Source of the DNA: an uncultured archaeon
GTDB lineage: Archaea > Asgardarchaeota > Lokiarchaeia > Sigyniarchaeales > SOKP01
NCBI GenBank assembly: GCA_964583985.1
Contig: CAZOYD010000004.1
Coordinates: forward strand, 24,023 to 88,022
Direction of reading: 5' to 3'
DNA: 64,000 nt
Shown here one piece after another: positions 61,646 through 64,000 of the stretch (position 1 is its first letter; each line of letters opens with the position of its first letter). The notes under the pieces are model-generated. The model was given only the letters and a program-made list of their open reading frames with translations. It was not told the origin of the DNA and ran no database searches. The position numbers were made by a program, and so were the translations under genes.

Positions 61646-63838
61646 ATGAACATGGAAAATTCAGATATCTCAAGCATTTTTTTTGGTATGGTTTATCATA
61701 TGCATCAACCCGTGGATAATTTTGAATTTGTTATTGAAGATGCTTTTAAGAAGGCATATAAACCATTAATTGATGAAATATTCAAAAATCCTGAAGTTAA
61801 AACCACACTCCACATATCAGGTAATTTATTAGAGTGGTTTCTGGAACATAAACCCGAATTTATCAAAAAATTGAAAAAAATGGCTAATCGAGGCCAAATA
61901 GAGATAATTGGTGGGGGATATTACGAGCCGATCTTTTCAATTATCCCTTATAGAGATAGAATAGCTCAAATAGAAAAACTATCCTCTCTTATAAAAAAAG
62001 AGTTTGGTCTAGATGTCAAGGGTGCTTGGCTATCTGAAAGAGTATGGGAACCGAATTATCCTTCCTTCCTTAACGATGCTGGATTGAAATATGTAATTGT
62101 TGATGATAACCATTTCCGTTCGACAGGTATTACGGAAAATGAAACGTTTTATACCTATATTACTGAGGATCAAGGAAAAACATTGCGAATCTTTCCAATT
62201 AACGAAAAAATTCGATATTTAACACCTTGGAAACCAACTTTTATGACATTTGATTATTTAAAAAGCATGATAGATGAGAAGGGAGATAAATTTGTTTTGA
62301 TGATATCTGACGCTGAAAAAATGGGTGTATGGGGAACAACCCACCAAATTTGTTATATTGAAGGTAACGGGCATCTGGAGGGAGATAAAGGTAAGCCTTT
62401 TATTTCAGCGTTTTTCGAACAAATAATGAAGAATAAATGGATTAAGTCGATAACCTTATCAGATTACATGGAAAAAATCCCAGCTAAAGGGCTCGTTTAT
62501 CTTCCAACTGCGAGCTATGATAAGATGGAAGAATGGGCTCTGCTCACACCAATTCGAAGAAAATTTGAAAAATTGAGAGAGGAATTGAAAGATAATCCCG
62601 AGAAAGAAGATGAATATTTATTTCTCAAAGGAGGTTATTGGAGATACTTTCTAGTTAAATATCCAGAATCTAATAACATGCATAAAAAGATGCTGCACGT
62701 TAGAAATAAACTTCTCTCTCTTGAAAATCAATCAATCCAAGGATTTAGTGCATTACCCTATAAAAAGCGAATTGATGACGCTTGGAATGAGATTTATAAA
62801 GCCCAGTGTAATGATTGCTATTGGCATGGTCTTTTTGGAGGGGTTTACCTTCAATTTTTACGCTTCGCAGTATATTCACATTTAATTAATGCGGAACGAA
62901 TCATAGATTCATTGAATTCAGATGCTAAATTGGTGTCTGAAAACTACATCTCTATCTTGCCAATAGATTTTAATAAGGACAGTAAAACCGATATAATCAT
63001 TGAATCTGATAAACTAAATGTTTATTTGGATCCTAGTAATGGTGGAACTATTTTTGAACTTGATTATAAACCAAAATCTTACAATTTATTAAATACTCTC
63101 ACTAGATGGCTTGAAGCATATCATAAAGAAAGTGATATCGCATCAAATATCGTAAAGATTGATCGATATCGAAAGAGCATGCTACGTGCCAGGTTTTTTC
63201 GTCAAGATATTACATTAAGTCAATTGGAATGTGACCAATATGAAGAATTAGGAACTTTTATTGATGGGGATTTTGATATAGTGAGGAATGAAAAGGATGG
63301 TAAAACTGCCTTGATCAATTTAGAATATAACGGAGTAGTTAAAGTTCCAGAATCTACAGAGATTAATCCATGTAAATTGATTAAAGAAATTGTTGTCCAA
63401 GATTCGCAAATTGATATAACAATAAAGGGGCAATTAATTAAAGTCCCTGGAAAGGAAGAAAATCTAAAAAAAATAGTTAAAAACATTTTATTAGGCGTCG
63501 ATTTGCCTTTCTTCTTTAATGGAGATCCGAATAAATTTCAATGGAAGAGCAATCAAGTATTATTTCTTGATGAAAGCAAGAAACCTCTATTAGAACCGTT
63601 TGAATTCAATGGATCTCACGTACTATTGTTTGATGAAACATATGATCTTCACGTGGAATTTCAAATATTCAATGAATCTAAGATTGAAAAGGAGACAATC
63701 AAGATTATCAAGTTTCCAATTATTACGTATGCATTCACGGATGAGGGATATAAAGAAATTTATCAAGGAATTACATTAATCTCTCTCTTTAAAATTAAAA
63801 AAGAATTTGAATATCATATCACACTTTCCATGTATTAA
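61646..63838 (+). CDS. GH57 alpha-amylase / 4-alpha-glucanotransferase
   Basis: HMHQP, GGYYEPI, WLSERVWEP, SDAEK, ASYDKMEEW, AQCNDCYWHGLFGG. Confidence 0.93.
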   Translation: MNMENSDISSIFFGMVYHMHQPVDNFEFVIEDAFKKAYKPLIDEIFKNPEVKTTLHISGNLLEWFLEHKPEFIKKLKKMANRGQIEIIGGGYYEPIFSIIPYRDRIAQIEKLSSLIKKEFGLDVKGAWLSERVWEPNYPSFLNDAGLKYVIVDDNHFRSTGITENETFYTYITEDQGKTLRIFPINEKIRYLTPWKPTFMTFDYLKSMIDEKGDKFVLMISDAEKMGVWGTTHQICYIEGNGHLEGDKGKPFISAFFEQIMKNKWIKSITLSDYMEKIPAKGLVYLPTASYDKMEEWALLTPIRRKFEKLREELKDNPEKEDEYLFLKGGYWRYFLVKYPESNNMHKKMLHVRNKLLSLENQSIQGFSALPYKKRIDDAWNEIYKAQCNDCYWHGLFGGVYLQFLRFAVYSHLINAERIIDSLNSDAKLVSENYISILPIDFNKDSKTDIIIESDKLNVYLDPSNGGTIFELDYKPKSYNLLNTLTRWLEAYHKESDIASNIVKIDRYRKSMLRARFFRQDITLSQLECDQYEELGTFIDGDFDIVRNEKDGKTALINLEYNGVVKVPESTEINPCKLIKEIVVQDSQIDITIKGQLIKVPGKEENLKKIVKNILLGVDLPFFFNGDPNKFQWKSNQVLFLDESKKPLLEPFEFNGSHVLLFDETYDLHVEFQIFNESKIEKETIKIIKFPIITYAFTDEGYKEIYQGITLISLFKIKKEFEYHITLSMY

Positions 63839-64000
63839 GAGATACTTTTTTTGTTGACACAACAACATTTTTCGTCGGTTTTAAAAATCTTTATATATAT
63901 TAAATCCACAAGATCATCATATAAAAAAAATTATTTGGTTTGCTCTTATGGGAAACTACAATTATGTAAGAAAAAATGGGTATATGTACTCAAGCAAAAC

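Noticed and set aside
3721-63486. Many 60-180 aa ORFs nested in or antisense to long genes (e.g. 3721..4254, 25512..25832, 29590..29955, 38030..38368, 47635..47973)
   Set aside because: Shadow ORFs rich in Ser/Phe/Leu with no motifs, as expected from codon bias on the opposite strand.
63948-64000. Possible CDS start (MGNYNYVRKNGYMYSSK) at the window end
   Set aside because: Only 17 codons are visible, too few to support a call.
1-64000. tRNA/rRNA genes, CRISPR arrays, transposases, integrases, prophage or defence genes
   Set aside because: No GC-rich cloverleaf-like segments, spaced repeats or relevant protein motifs were seen by eye; a covariance-model search was not possible.

Overview
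AT-rich, gene-dense archaeal chromosomal segment. Gene content points to an Asgard archaeon, most likely Lokiarchaeia/Promethearchaeota (inferred, not searched): archaeal RadA, tRNA splicing endonuclease, CdhA, an MtrH-family protein, three small GTPases with longin- or roadblock-like fusions, V4R, a vWA-RING protein and a SNAP/TPR-like protein. Main blocks: (1) FAD oxidoreductase plus CCG Fe-S partner; (2) amino-sugar genes glmM, SIS-only protein, glmS; (3) an ATP-dependent 2-hydroxyacyl-CoA dehydratase/reductase-family cluster with a duplicated large subunit; (4) a complete V/A-type ATPase operon in the order K-C-G/H-F-E-A-B-D-I, flanked by DUF47 and VIT1/CCC1 genes; (5) housekeeping genes (endA, MEMO1, PfkB, OsmC, radA); (6) a dispersed alpha-glucan gene set (two GH13, GH57, maltokinase, GalT-like, NDP-sugar pyrophosphorylase, catalytically degenerate phosphohexomutase); (7) a 45.8-57 kb stretch where eukaryote-like signalling, trafficking and ubiquitin-type genes interleave with an orphan cdhA and an mtrH-like gene. 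No tRNA, rRNA, CRISPR array or mobile element was seen. Best leads: a Trp-repeat protein / longin-Arf / V4R trio, a p44/Rpn10-like vWA protein with two RING fingers, three genes that appear to start at ACG or ATT behind GGTG(A) motifs, and a maltose-1-phosphate-linked glucan pathway with a split pseudo-mutase. All family calls come from motif recognition by eye.
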